This document shows positions 26,862 through 39,656 of a stretch of 64,000 nucleotides of DNA, piece by piece. Below the pieces are notes generated by a model. It did not search any database. It was not told the DNA's origin and saw only the letters and a program-made list of their open reading frames with translations. A program made the position numbers and the translations under genes. This DNA is from Anthoceros angustus (Eukaryota > Plantae > Anthocerotophyta), in contig VJWM01000301.1 of the NCBI GenBank assembly GCA_010909165.1, positions 1 through 64,000 of the forward strand, in the 5' to 3' direction. The number at the start of each line of letters is the position of its first letter. Position 1 is the first letter of the stretch.

Positions 26862-29800
26862 GCCGCAGCAGCAGCAGCTCATGGCCGACGCCGGGGGCAA
26901 CATGGTGCGCAACAACTCCTTCGATTCCGTCAACATTCATGACGGACCGCACTGCTGTCTGATGATGCCGCAGTCCATGCACTCAGCTGCGCACGAATCT
27001 GGCAGCCAATCTCGAGAGGAATCGTCAAAATCTGCGCATGCGCTCATGAGCATGAGCGCTGGCTCCGTGGCCGCGGTGCGCCCCGATCAACCGGACCAGT
27101 CTCAGGCACAGGGATCCATGCACCACACGATCATGATGCCCCTGGCGAGCCACCACGGACTCTACTCCCCTGGAAACGATCAACTGTCCACCACGTCGGC
27201 CAGCACCCCATGCCTGTCAACCAGCTCGTGCTTGGGGGATCCGGATCCGGATCCGGATCTGGATGCCGTCAACGATGCCCACGTCTGCGCCCACGCTGCC
27301 GACCATCATAATGCCGGTCCTTGCGACTGTCACTCTGCATCGCCTGCTCCCGCTTCAGCTGGCTCGGCACCCGTTCCGGATGAGACTGCTGTCGTTGAGC
27401 ATGATCAACATGGTGGATGCCAGACTAAGCCTTGCGGAGAGCAGGAGGGTGCAGAGAGACAGGAGCAGGCGCATGGGCATCATGGACAAGGCCAAGGCCA
27501 AGGGCAAGAAGAAGGAGAAGGGCAAGGGCAAGGGCAAGGGCACGGGCACGGGCAAGGGCAAGGGCATGCGCAAGGGCAAGGGCATGCGCAAGGGCAAGGG
27601 CATGGGCATGGGCATGCGCAAGCGCAGGGGCAAGGGCATGGGCATGCGCAAGCGCAGGGGCAAGGGCATGGGCATGCGCAAGCGCAAGGGCAAGGGCAAG
27701 GGCAAGGGCAAGGGCAAGGGCAAGGGCAAGGGCAAGGGCAAGGGCAAGGGCAAGGGCAAGGGCAAGGGCAAGGGCAAGGGCAAGGGCAAGGGCAGGGGCA
27801 AGGGCAGCGAAGGCAAGGGCAACGGCCGAGGCGGCAAGGAGGACAAGGGCAAGAGCAAGTGGAAGCGGAAGGCGAAGCTCAAGGGCGTGGCCAAGTTTCC
27901 AGACCCGCCAACCATGCTAGCGTGTATAGCAGCAACAATGCCGGTGATCCTGGCCATGACCACGACCCTTCTCATGGCGACTGGAATGGCTTTTGGAGTC
28001 CCGTTGGCAACGTGAACGACGATGACCACATGTTGCATCTTATGTCCACAGCAGCCTCCTCCAGTCACGGCACTGCGGACTCGAGGCTAGCCCTGCCAAA
28101 TTCCTCTGCAGCTGATGGCGTGCAAGTGCCTGCTTTCCTTGTGTCTGCCTCCGCCTCTCCCAGCTCCGGATCCACCATGGCATATGTGCACCACCCCAGA
28201 TTCACTACGGCTCATCCGCACGGAGGCATTCAGGGCTACGACTCTAGCGCTGCCGTGAGCAGTCGACCCATGGCACACGCGAATTCAGATCAAGGCAGCT
28301 ACTTGGCAAGGCAGCACGATCACAGGTCAACCTTCCTTGAGCCCATGCACATGGACATGAGGCCTATGTTCCCGTCTGCGCATGCGCATGCGCATGCTCC
28401 GGCCATGGCCAGCTTCTACATGCATCACGGATCAGCCATGATGTCGGCTGGGCACAGTCTACAGCCTCCTCGTGTTTCCACTACCGACACCGGTACCTCA
28501 ACTGGTACCGCATCAACAGCCTGCTCCAAGCAAGACGTGGATTTCTGCGAGAGCTTGCTCAACGTGGATCTGAACCAGCATCAGGTGTCCGCCTCCAATT
28601 CGGAGCAGCAACAAATATTGCCGAGCATGACTAGCGAGCTGAACCACTACGCTAGCGCTTCCGCTCAGCCTGCCCCTGCGCATGCTCCAGGACCTGCATC
28701 CTGCTCTCTCGACCTGCGCACATCTGGCTCAGATGGCGATACCGACGTGATGATGAACCTCCAAGACCAAGCCCACCACAACTCGTGGATGCAAATGGAG
28801 CAGTGGATGGATTCAGGGCATACCACCCAGCTGAGTTCCAGCCTGGTGCATCACCGCGATTCTCCGTCTGTGGTGGTGCACGATTCCGGTTCCGGAGCAG
28901 CAGACTCTGCGCACCTGCAGTGGAGTGCCAGCAGCAATATTAATCCCGGATCCAGTTCGCTCATTTCAGGCTGCAATTATGGCAATCTGACGTGTCCCGC
29001 TCCAGGGCCTGGGCCCGGGCCCGGGCCAGCTAGGCCAGGCTTCTCCACGGCCCTGCCGTATGGCTGCAATCCGCAAACGAGCCTTACAGGCAGCGACTAC
29101 ATGCAGGCATTGGGATCCGGATGTGCGTCGCCGGCGTCTGTATATCTGCACTTCAACCGGGACCATTTGTTCGGGGCGGGGCCCATTCGATCTCTGAGCA
29201 GCCCCAACCTGGCTGTGAATGCGAATGCAAATGCGAATCCGGGAGAAATGGGCCAGGTGCATGCGCAGCAACCTCCTCACGTGCACGGCGCCGGCTCCTC
29301 CCTAGGCCTAGGCCTGCGCCTACCTCACGCAACCAGCCTGTCCCAATTGGCGTTCATGCAGAGCTCTCCGCCCGTGGGTCCCGGATCCATGGGATCGCCT
29401 CACCTTCCCAGGTCTCTGTCGACATCTGCTCTGCATTCGGAGCGGGTACCCGACAGCAGCGCTTTCGACATAAGCAACTCAGGCGGCCACGACGACTGTG
29501 GGGGTCTGTTCAGCAAACCCGGGAGCTCCAGCATGCACAGCGGACCCATGGCTCACATTGTCTCCAGACGCCACTCTCCCTCCGTCAAGCGTTCTCTGTC
29601 CTTCATGCAAGGCTCGGAGGCGGAAGACACATGTTGCCATTCCCCTGGCCCCAAGCTCCCCAGGCTCGGCAGCAGCTCCAGTCCTCCGGTGGTGCCGGCG
29701 CCGGCGCCGCCAGCGCTAGCGCTAGCGGAGGCCGCCTCCCAAACTCCAGCTGGTGCTGCATCCATGGGGGGGCCGGGGCCCGGGGTTACCCGCGGTCTAG

Positions 29801-30633
29801 CGCTGCCAAACCTGGGAAACGTTAATGCCGCAACTGACAGCGCCACCGGTACCGGTACTGGTCCGGGACCGGGTGCGAGTGCGACTGCGGGTGCGGGTAC
29901 CTCCAATGTCAAGACGGGCTCCACCTTCAGGCCGGGAATCGACGACGCCGCAGCCCAGCTCAGCGCTCTCCTGTACACCAAGTCGCAGACGGATATCGGC
30001 AACAATGCCATCGCGCAGTACCACAAGTTGGCGTTCCAGAACAGCTTCTACAACAGCAGTAACAAGCTGGACAACCCGTCCTCCACCTCATCCCTTACAG
30101 CATCCCTCGGGGCCAAGCATGCGGCGCGGCGGCGGCACGGCACGGCCACCGATCCTCAGAGCATTGCTGCGCGGACTCGACGTGAGCGATTCAGCGACCG
30201 CATCCGCATTCTGCAGAGCCTGGTTCCCAACGGCGAGAGGCTGGACACGGTGTCCATGCTGGGGCAGACGCTCGAGTACGTGCGCTTTCTGCAGCAGCAA
30301 GTATGGCAGTTATATAACGGCACGTCCACGTCCCTGCCAGGCTCGGGCGGAGCGGGGAGCAATGTTACGGCTACAAACCTGGCTGCTCAAGTTGCTTCCG
30401 CAGAGAGCCTGGCGGCTTCCTTTCTCTCCAGCATGGCGCAACGCCAAGCTGCGGCTGCTAACGCCGCTGCCAGCGGCTCTGCTCATGGAGCTAACGTGTC
30501 GACATCCCCAGGTCAGTCAGATGCTGCCAAACTGACTGCAGGCGGCCTGGACAAGTGGAAGCTTGCATCAGGGAGCGCGTCTGGCCATGGATTGGCGTCT
30601 CATTTGCAACCCGAATGCACTCAGGTTGCCTGA
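26392..30633 (+). CDS. Intronless bHLH transcription factor, group VIII (RSL-like domain), with a very long low-complexity N-terminus
   Basis: Uninterrupted 1413-codon ORF; domain at ~30127-30320 [62 protein letters not shown]; polyQ 26806-26877; (GQ/GH)n ~27480-27810. True start codon not verified. Confidence 0.88.
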
Positions 30634-30829
30634 CCCGCACCGGTACCTTGGAGTCTGTAGCCGCAGTCCTCATGTTAGGCTTAGACATCACCTACACGTT
30701 CTAATCTCGACACCCTTAACTCTTTGCAATAGCATAGACCCCCGCGTCCCCGGCGCCTCAGCAGGCCACCAGCGGTCAATCTATTAGCATTAGAAGCCGC
30801 TAAGTCTCTCAGCTTGACACATTCTTTTT

Positions 30830-31720
30830 TTCAAAATCCTATTATTTTGAAATAAATTCTTTACTAAGGTAAAGCCCTTTACTACACAGCCAGTAAGGAA
30901 GCACCAAGTGCTGGCTTCCCAATAAATCGCCTAAGACCAGCGCCCAATTCACTCCACTCTGGGACTTGCACACAACTCTCAATCTCGATATCTCACGATC
31001 GCGACTGGAAACTTAACACCTGAAGGGCAACCTTCAAGAGGGGGAATATACTTGATGAGGGTTTTGTCGAAAATATCGCCAAAGGGGTTGATTTGCCATG
31101 GGTCTCAAAAGCTTGAAGCCGAATAACATGTTGCTCGGCCGAAAGAACCACAAAAAAAGCAGGGTGTCCCATACTGCGTTGCCCCCTTTTACAATATGGG
31201 TACACGCCATGGTAGGAGAAGGGTGCTCAAATCCTTTACCCACAGATAAAAAATGGTAAGACCAAATGATGGCCAGGTGTCACGCCGGGAAAGGATGCCC
31301 GTGGGAACTGTGAGGATTTAATAACCACATCACCTTGAGAAATATGGTTAGCAATGCAAAACCATACAGTCTTCGCAAATCTGCGTTTTGATCTCAAGGT
31401 TTGGCAAAGGGTTGAGGTCATGATGACTGGGGTGAGAGCCATGTCAAATGCTTGGCGGCCTTGCCCGGCTGGGAAATAGGGCGGCTCGGTCGGCCAGCGC
31501 CCCTCTCTTGTCAGATGGAGTGTACAAGGTACTCTTTGGTCCATCTTCTCCGCGATTACCACAAATTGCGAGAACAAAATACCACCCTCCCCGGATAGAA
31601 GATGGTTGGGATGACTGCAACAACGTTCCTATTTATCATCCTCAACCAATCTGTCCAGCTATGGACAATACGTCACTATAATCTTGGGAGCTGCAGACAA
31701 ATATATAACTGTGGAAGGGA
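30830..31720 (-). mobile_element. Possible degenerate LINE (L1) 3' fragment
   Basis: Minus-strand FAKTVW and LFLWFFRPSNMLF resemble the zf-RVT and C-terminal W..RN..IF motifs; short T-run at ~30823. No RT core seen. Confidence 0.35.
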
Positions 31721-33049
31721 CCATGCCCACTAACCCCTCTCGCGTGTATGGGATGAGCCAGTTTTTTTTTGTTTTGGGAGTGTTTGTATAGCAAAGTGCT
31801 TTGAGAATCGCTGAGTAAGGTCTTTTATACGAGAATGGTCACTTGCCCTTGGGATAATAATTTTCTTTTTTGGACCTTAGGTTTTCGACCGGATAGGTAG
31901 GTCGGAGATGAAATCCTTAGGTTTTGGTGATTTTAGAAATAAAAGTGTCTATATATATATGTTAGGTGCCTACATCTTGCCAGATTCTTGTGATCAGTAG
32001 GGAGGTAGCCAGTTCCACCTGATGTGGCGAAGCGGGGCTGTACTGAGACCCGGGGAGTTTACAACCCTAGTGGCGGCGAGCGCACCCGAGGCAGTCGGGC
32101 CTGTGAGAGAGGCGACACCCAACACCACAGTCCAATTTCCGAGGCAGGCGTCGGAGGCGGGCTGCAGCAAAAGTGCAGCGCTTGCTAGCGCCGGGCGAGT
32201 CTGTTGTGCAGGTAGAGCAGCCTTGTCAGTCAGGCGGAGCAGTGGCGGAGGAAGAACCAAGTGAAAATAGCGAAGGAGGAAAAGAGAAGCGGCCCAGGCA
32301 GGCGCCAAAAAGAGTGGAGGAGGCGTCGGTGTAGTGTCACCAGTAACCCCTGCGGGGAGGTGGGGTTCTTTTCACGGAGAAAGCAAAGGAGAAGGGGAGA
32401 TGGTGCCCGGCTGCGGCCAGAAATTCCCATGCGGTGGCCAACGCTGGACCAGCGGAAGGTGGTAGCAGTCTGGTGCGTGGGCTGGTCTGGGTTATGGAGA
32501 AGAAAATGAATTATTCTGTATTTCGGCTGTTTGCAAAGTGCTGTGACAATTGAGAACCAAGTTGCAAGGGTGAGGAAGGCCATGGCCAGGATTTGGGGCT
32601 CTTTGAGCGATATCAAGCGGAAAACATCGGAGGATGGAGCTTGGTAATTGATCCCGGAGAAAGAAGACCACGAGGCTGCGTGGCTCGCTCATGGAAACTG
32701 GAGAAGTGAGGGTGAACAATGGATGGGTGAGCTAACTCAACCAACTGCCGTGTTCTGACAGCCTCACTATAAGAAAATGAGGTTTTACAGCGGTTTTTGT
32801 GGGTGTTACAGCGTTGTAAAGCAGGCGCAACGCCGTTATGGAAGCTTCATGGCGTTGTAAAATTGCTGACATGGCGGTTCGGTGCCATGTCATTAAAGTG
32901 ATGTGGCGCCACATCGCGCCCATCACCAAGTGATGACATGGCATGTTGTTGCCACATGGCCCTTCATTGCCACATCATCGGTGATGACATGGCATAATTT
33001 GATGACATGGCCCTCATTGCCACATCACCATGTGATGGCGTGGTGCCAT

Positions 33050-33980
33050 TTACAAAACCATTTACAACATCCCAATTGCAAAAGGAATTACAACATCTAA
33101 GTTTGAGGCGTCTCGGTGTGGGTACAACGCTTTACAACGACACTTTTACAAAACCATTTACAACATCCCAATTGCAAAAGGAATTACAACATCTAAGTTT
33201 GAGGCGTCTCTGTGGGTACAACGCTTTACAACGACTTTTACAAAACCATCTACAACATCCCAATTGCAGCAATTACAACATCTAAGTTTGAGACGTCTCG
33301 GTGTGGGTACAACGCGCTTTTACTGTTTTACAAAACCATCTACAACATCCCAATTGCAAAAGCAATTACAACATCTAAGTTTGAGAGGCGTCTGGGTGTG
33401 GGTACAGCTTTACAACGACTTTTACAAAACCATCTACAACATCCCAATTGCAAGCAATTACAACATCTAAGTTTGAGACGTCTCTGTGGGTACAACGCTT
33501 TACAACGACTGTTTTACAAAACCATCTACAACATCCCAATTGCAAAAGCAATTACAACATCTAAGTTTGAGGCGTCTGGTGTGGGTACAACGCGCTTTAC
33601 AACGCTTTACAAAACCATCTACAACATCCCAATTGCAAAAGCAATTACAACATCTAAGTTTGAGGGCGTCTGGGTGTGGGTACAACGCTTTACAACGACT
33701 TTTACAAAACCATCTACAACATCCCAATTGCAAAAGCAATTACAACATCTAAGTTTGAGGCGTCTTGTGGGTACAACGCTTTACAACGACTTTTACAAAA
33801 CCATCTACAACATCCCAATTGCAAAAGCAATTACAACATCTAAGTTTGAGGCGTCTTGTGGGTACACGCGCTTTACAACGACTGTTTTACAAAACCATCT
33901 ACAACATCCCAATTGCAAAAGCAATTACAACATCTAAGTTTGATACAATACGATTACAAAATCTACAACATCCCAATTAA
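33050..33980. repeat. ~93-bp tandem repeat, ~10 copies, in the CACTA left subterminal region
   Basis: aaaaccat...aacatcccaattgc...tacaacatctaagtttga...gtgggtacaacgctttacaac recurs every ~90-98 bp. Confidence 0.95.
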
Positions 33981-34249
33981 GCAATTACATCATTTAAACG
34001 CCTTTTAAGTATATATATATATATATATATATAAAGACTTTTAAACAAATAAATATTATTAATAACACAAATATCTATTTTCAGCTTCTTTAAATGGGGC
34101 ATATTTACAACAAGTGTTTTACAACGTCCTTTGTTGTAAATTTTGTATCTTGCACCTTGTTGTGCATTAGTGGGACACACGAGAAATGGAATGCTACTAC
34201 CAAATGCAAGCGATTCTAAACCCCAAAATGAACAGATCCTCACACAAAT

Positions 34250-37200
34250 CACACATTCAACTCACACAAACTCACAACGGCCCACACTCGCACAAACCCA
34301 CACGGGCTCTCACATAATCAGGCTCACAGCTCTCACGCTCATAGGCTCGCCGCTCACAGCTCCTGGCTCTCACAAGCTCACAAGCTCGCTCACGCCTCAC
34401 AAGCTCTCGCTCTCACAGCTCACAAGCGCTCTCACAGCTCAAGCTATCGCTCTCGCTCTCACAAGCTCCTTTCACAGGCTCACAGGCTCTCGCTCTCACA
34501 GTTTCAGGCTCAGACTCTCCCTCTCACAAGCTCAAGGCTCAATTTTCAAGGCTCACAGCTCGGCTCACAAGCTCTCACAGTGCTCATAGGCTCTCTGCAC
34601 GCTCACTCGCACACACTCTTGCTCGCATAGAAACTCACACACACACACTCACACACACACACACAAATAAACACACAAACATAGAAGCCATTCCCGGACA
34701 TACAGACTCCCACAAACAAACATGGGGCCATTCCCCGGACACACACTCACAAACATTGGGGCCATTCCCCAGACACACACAAAGGGACATTCCCACAAAA
34801 AGCCGATGTCGATTCAATTTCTAAGAGTTTCTAAGGAGCAACTAAAAGAAAGCATTCCTCGCTCCTTGATCTCTTCAAATTGGACTTGGTTGAAGCCTCA
34901 TTTCCTTCCTCTTCATGCTCTTCACCCTTGATGACTTGAGCTCTTTTGGTCAGACCTAGCTTCACAGCAAGGCGTTGAGCTTCAAGTTCTGTCGTCGATT
35001 CGATGAGAGGCCATGAGATTGAAAAACTTTTCCTGCATTTAGAGAGGGATACCTCAACCTCTTCAAATTCTTCCACCTCTTCCATGAGATGGAGTGGTTC
35101 AACTTCAACAAGTACTTCATCGTGGCTTGTTCCACACCGTCGACCACACTTGGGAGGTTAAGGCTTCCCCACCCGAGGAGGCCACACCCGATTCTGCAAG
35201 AATCGAATATGTTACCAAGAAGCCGGTGTTACAACAGACTTGAAAGATCTTCTATAAGAACTACGGAGAAAGATCCTCACTTAACCCGGGCTTCAATCTA
35301 GGCACCAAATTGTCCAAAAACCAGTCATCATCCACTTGCTTGCGCTCCAATGCCGATACGGCTCCTATGGCAAATCCAAAAAGCGAGTTAAAATAGGACA
35401 ATCAAAACTTGCAAAGACATCAAATCAAAATCTTACCATCCAAATCATCATCTTTGTAACCAGCATCCTTGAGGTCCCCACAATTGTTTGGCACCTATTC
35501 TCGGGGTTGGAGCCAAACGCTCCGGATGAGGAAGATTGGCGTCAATATGTTTCAAGTTTTATTATCCAATTTCCGCCTTCTTGCCCACACCTCTCTCTTG
35601 CTCCGTGGGGCGTCTACCAAAGAGTTGGTAAAACCGATTTGTAAACTTCACAAACCCACCATTACCAAAGTGGGCATACTGGGCATCCGAGTTCAACTTC
35701 CTCAACATTGCTATGCGTTTTGTGTGACATCTCCATCCGGCCTTGGCTTTTCATTCTCCACAATGCGATCCCACGGTCGGAGATATCACGAGGCTTATAC
35801 TTAGGTGGATGATTACCCTCAAGAAATTGTCTTGCGCATCTTGCAAGATTGTTCTTCCAATTCGCAACATGGTGTTGAACATTTGGTCACACACATGAGC
35901 CATGCTCCAAATCCCACCAACATCTCTTGAATGGCTGCCTCCACAATTGCTTGTGTCTCTAGTTTCTCTCCCGGTTGCCAATCAATGGATCCATGAAGTG
36001 CCGCATTACCCACCTCAAGAAATTGGAGCACTTCATAACGTATGAATCTTCTTTAATCCAACACACATGAGAAGGAAAACATCGAATATGCTTGTACATG
36101 CATGTGCATGTGGCTGTAAGTGGCATGTATAGGCCACATGCTTGTCTGAGCACATGCTGTGCGGGCATGTACATCTACATCCTTGCGTTAGCTGCGAGCC
36201 ACACACACACATGTTTGGCAGCACCAACGAGAAACACACACACTGTTTAGGCTTGAGAGACCAAAGGAGAAACATGGGCGATCAAGGCCACACACGCCAG
36301 CTTTAGGCTTGCGAGACCAAAGAGAAACATGGGCGATCAAGGCCACACACCGATTTAGACTTGAGAGACCAAAAGCAAACACGGCAAGGCCACACACACA
36401 CTGTTTAGGCTTGAGAGACCAAAAAACACAGGCGATCGGTCAAGGCCACACGCATGTTTAGGCTTGAGAAAAATCGATCAAGGCCACACTTGCAGCTTTA
36501 AACAAAGAAAAACATCAGCTAGGCCACACACTTTATTCAGCTTGAGAGACCAAAAGAGAAACATTGCGGTGATCAAGGCCACACACCTACTGGACAAGCT
36601 TATGAAAGTAAAAGCAGGAGTCGTCAACTAAAACCTAAACACGATTCTAGATGAATGTCGTGGAATGACGTGCGTGCATTTGGGCGATCTCCCTTTAATT
36701 CGATTTCTCCTTGGCAATTCGGGATCTCCGTCGCCATCTCCCTCCTCCTCCATTGGATTTTCCACTTCTTGCTGCTCCATCCTGCACTTCTTCAAAGCCG
36801 AGAACCAACATTGACGGAAGGGTTAGGAGTAGGAGTGGTGGAGGTGGCATGGGAGTACTGGACATTTCTTGAAGGTCTGGTAAGTTTTGAGCCAGTGTCA
36901 CGGACAAGGAGGAAGCAGCTGCCTTCTTGCCTATCATCTTTCTCAAAAGGTCCTGCGTGTGCACATAAGCCCTTCTGGTGGCCCTTGTTCTCTCATCCCC
37001 TAAGAGGAGGTGGTGGTGACTTGAGCAGTCGGTGTTCGCTTCTCCACGGCAGCGGCACGAGCTCCTCGGCGCCGCAGGGATGCTACGCCTCAGCGCGACT
37101 CCTCCACGGCATCGGGAGGCTGCTCCTCCTCCACAGCATTAGGAGGCTGCTCCTCCACGGCATCGGGAGGCTGCTCCTCCAGCATCGGAGGAGGCGCTTG

Positions 37201-38480
37201 TTCTCCACCGCATCGGTGGATCGCTTTCCTACCACACACAAGTGAGAAAAGAAAAGCCATCGTTTAGAGCTCATTATCATCACCGACCCTAGAGCTTCGT
37301 AACTAGTTGAAGGGCGGTGATTCAAACGAGGTGCGATCTGCGCTTGGACAAAGCCGTTGATGCACAACTCACATTTCGAGTGGCGGCCGGAGCGGCTTCC
37401 GCTCCTTTGAGACGCCCTCCCGCTTCTTTGCCTTCACGGTGGCCCCATTTTTCGCACGCTAGGCTTGTCGACAAGCGGAAGCGGCTCCTTGGCTTGCGCT
37501 GTCTACTAAACCCAACCAAGCCGTTAGGCGGATCCTTCCACCACGGCATCCACCGTCCCCACCACTAATCTTTGTTGGCCAAAGTCTTGTTTCCTTATCG
37601 CGTTACGCATGACAAACCAACCCAACCGCACGCGTGTAGTGCGCACCATCTACATTGCAAGGTGGTTGGGGTTAGTAGAAAGGCGCTTAGCAACCTTTGC
37701 CCGTAAGTGCGTGCCCTAAAAAGCACCAAGCATAAGAGATTGGGGATGCACACAAACCTTCTTGATCCAAGGAATTCAATTTTAAGCCCTAATTGTGTTG
37801 TAGTCGATCACTAACTAAACACGAGCTTGTGTGTAGTCACTAACTAAACACCATGTGCCGTTGTTAGAGCTTGTGCGCAATACACGTGTCTGATGCCGAC
37901 CAAGATCTCGGCGTAGAGAGAGGCGGACTCAACATATGTGCTGCCGCTAAGCAAAGTCGGGCAATCTCTCTCGATCAAGCAATCCTTGAAGCTGCCACCG
38001 CAAAGCCAAGTCGACAATCTTAAGCAAACACGGTGCGGGCCTTGTGTACGGATGGACGTCAAATTCGCTCGTGCTTCTTCTTCCTGCTTTACAAAGCCTT
38101 CCGCACTTCTCATGGCCTTCCCGCTTCTAAAATGTGCAGAGGCATGGTTGGCTTGCTTCGCTTCTCTCAAACACATAGACTCTCACACACGATGGCGGTC
38201 ATGGCCTCAATTACACTACATCTGGCTCCCACTCACACATCCCGATGGCAAGCCGGCTCTCACACCCGATGGCCCCATGGCCCTCAATTACACTAGCTAC
38301 ACAACTCTCACACACACCATGGCGGTGGCATGGCCCCAATTACACTAGCTACACAAGCTCCCCACCTCACATACCCGATGGCAAGCCTGGCCTCAAGTAC
38401 TCACAAGCTCCCCGTCACACACCCCGATGGCAAGCCGGTTCTCACACACCCCGAGGGCAATCGACATACGCTCTCAACAC
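34250..38480. repeat. CACTA-internal short tandem repeat blocks (ctcacaag ~34250-34660; ttaggcttgagagaccaaa ~36240-36590; cggcatcgggaggctgctcctcc ~37090-37195; cacacccgatggcaagcc ~38180-38460)
   Basis: Directly visible; the interval also includes non-repeat sequence. Confidence 0.8.
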
Positions 38481-39359
38481 ATACGTCAGTATGTAAACAT
38501 CTACTTGTATGACATGAACCCGCCTTGATTTGTGTGCAAGCATGTTCCGTCTTGGACAAGATCTTGCATGCATTGCCGCCTCACGCCATGTGCGTCACCT
38601 ACCTCGTGCTGGTGCTGGTGAGTTTGTAAACGACTTTGAAACTACTATTTGCAACGCTCCGTTGTTAAGTCGGAAGCGATTACCATTTACAACACACTCC
38701 GTAAAATTAGAAACTATTACTATTTACAACGTTCGTTCACTTTTACGTTCTAAAATCTCTAGTAGGCAAAAGTGGTACACATATGGAATATGGGGAAACT
38801 AAGAGACCTCTCTCTTCTACCGTGCTCGACTCTTCATTTCTCAAGAAAGGTCGGCCACGGGCGCTTAGGATCCGATGTCATGCGCTGATCCCCTACATTC
38901 TTGTGTACATACGTATCTGATTCACCTTAGTTCATGGTAGGCAAAGAAAGATGCTCACCTCACGGTGCCCAAGGTGGATCGAAATGGCTATGGAAATTTG
39001 TGCATGTTCACCGAGGGGTGGTGCTTTTTGAACATATGGTTGGAAAGAGGAGGTCATCACGGTAATTGTGGTGTTGAGAACATTTGGTCGATTTTCTTGT
39101 AATTAGAAATTCATAATAACAGAAAAACGCCAAAATGGGGCAAAAGGCGGCCTTACGGGTTAAGCATGCTCGGCTCCACGGCTGCACTGCGTGCAAAAGT
39201 TCTCGGCTTCTTAGTGGCGAACACTTCGGGGCTTAGTTGAGAAAACTAGATTGCTAACTAGCCGGTGGAGTGGAGCCGATGGACGTAACGGAATCCGCCG
39301 CCTCGAGAACCAAGTAATAAACTTGGGTGAGGTTTAGCGCGGGCCTGTCGTACACATAC

Positions 39360-39656
39360 TCCGTGATGCTCGCACGTATTCACATCCCATCGTAACAATC
39401 CCTTCATAATCACACGCATGAATGCGACTTTATGTACTTGTTCCAACTCGGACAACTCAATTTGGAGCGGGTAGACATTTCTACCATGGGACAATGCACA
39501 TCAGCCATGTCATTGACCACCGTTGCAAACTCAAACACTTTTATCCTCCTTGATACTCCGGTGGCAAATAGCTCGTCATCCCGATCAAACTCAATGGACA
39601 CAATATTGGAGGAGTGGAAGAGGTCCCCATGCCGCAACTCGCAATTACCAAGGCGG
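39360..39656 (-). pseudogene. COP1: Captured COP1 WD40 exon
   Basis: RL.VI.ELRHGDLFHSSNIVS-IEFDRDDELFAT-GVSRRIKVFEFATVVNDMADVHCPMVEMSTRSKLSCPSWNKYIKSH...DYEGIVT.WDVNT, bounded by ...cag acceptor (39657-39659) and GT donor (39358-39359). ELRHGD and VEMSTRSKLSC fit COP1 rather than SPA. Confidence 0.9.

Noticed and set aside
27263-28068. Alternative-frame GK, LP and RA repeat ORFs
   Set aside because: Other frames of the (CAAGGG)n tract inside the bHLH CDS.
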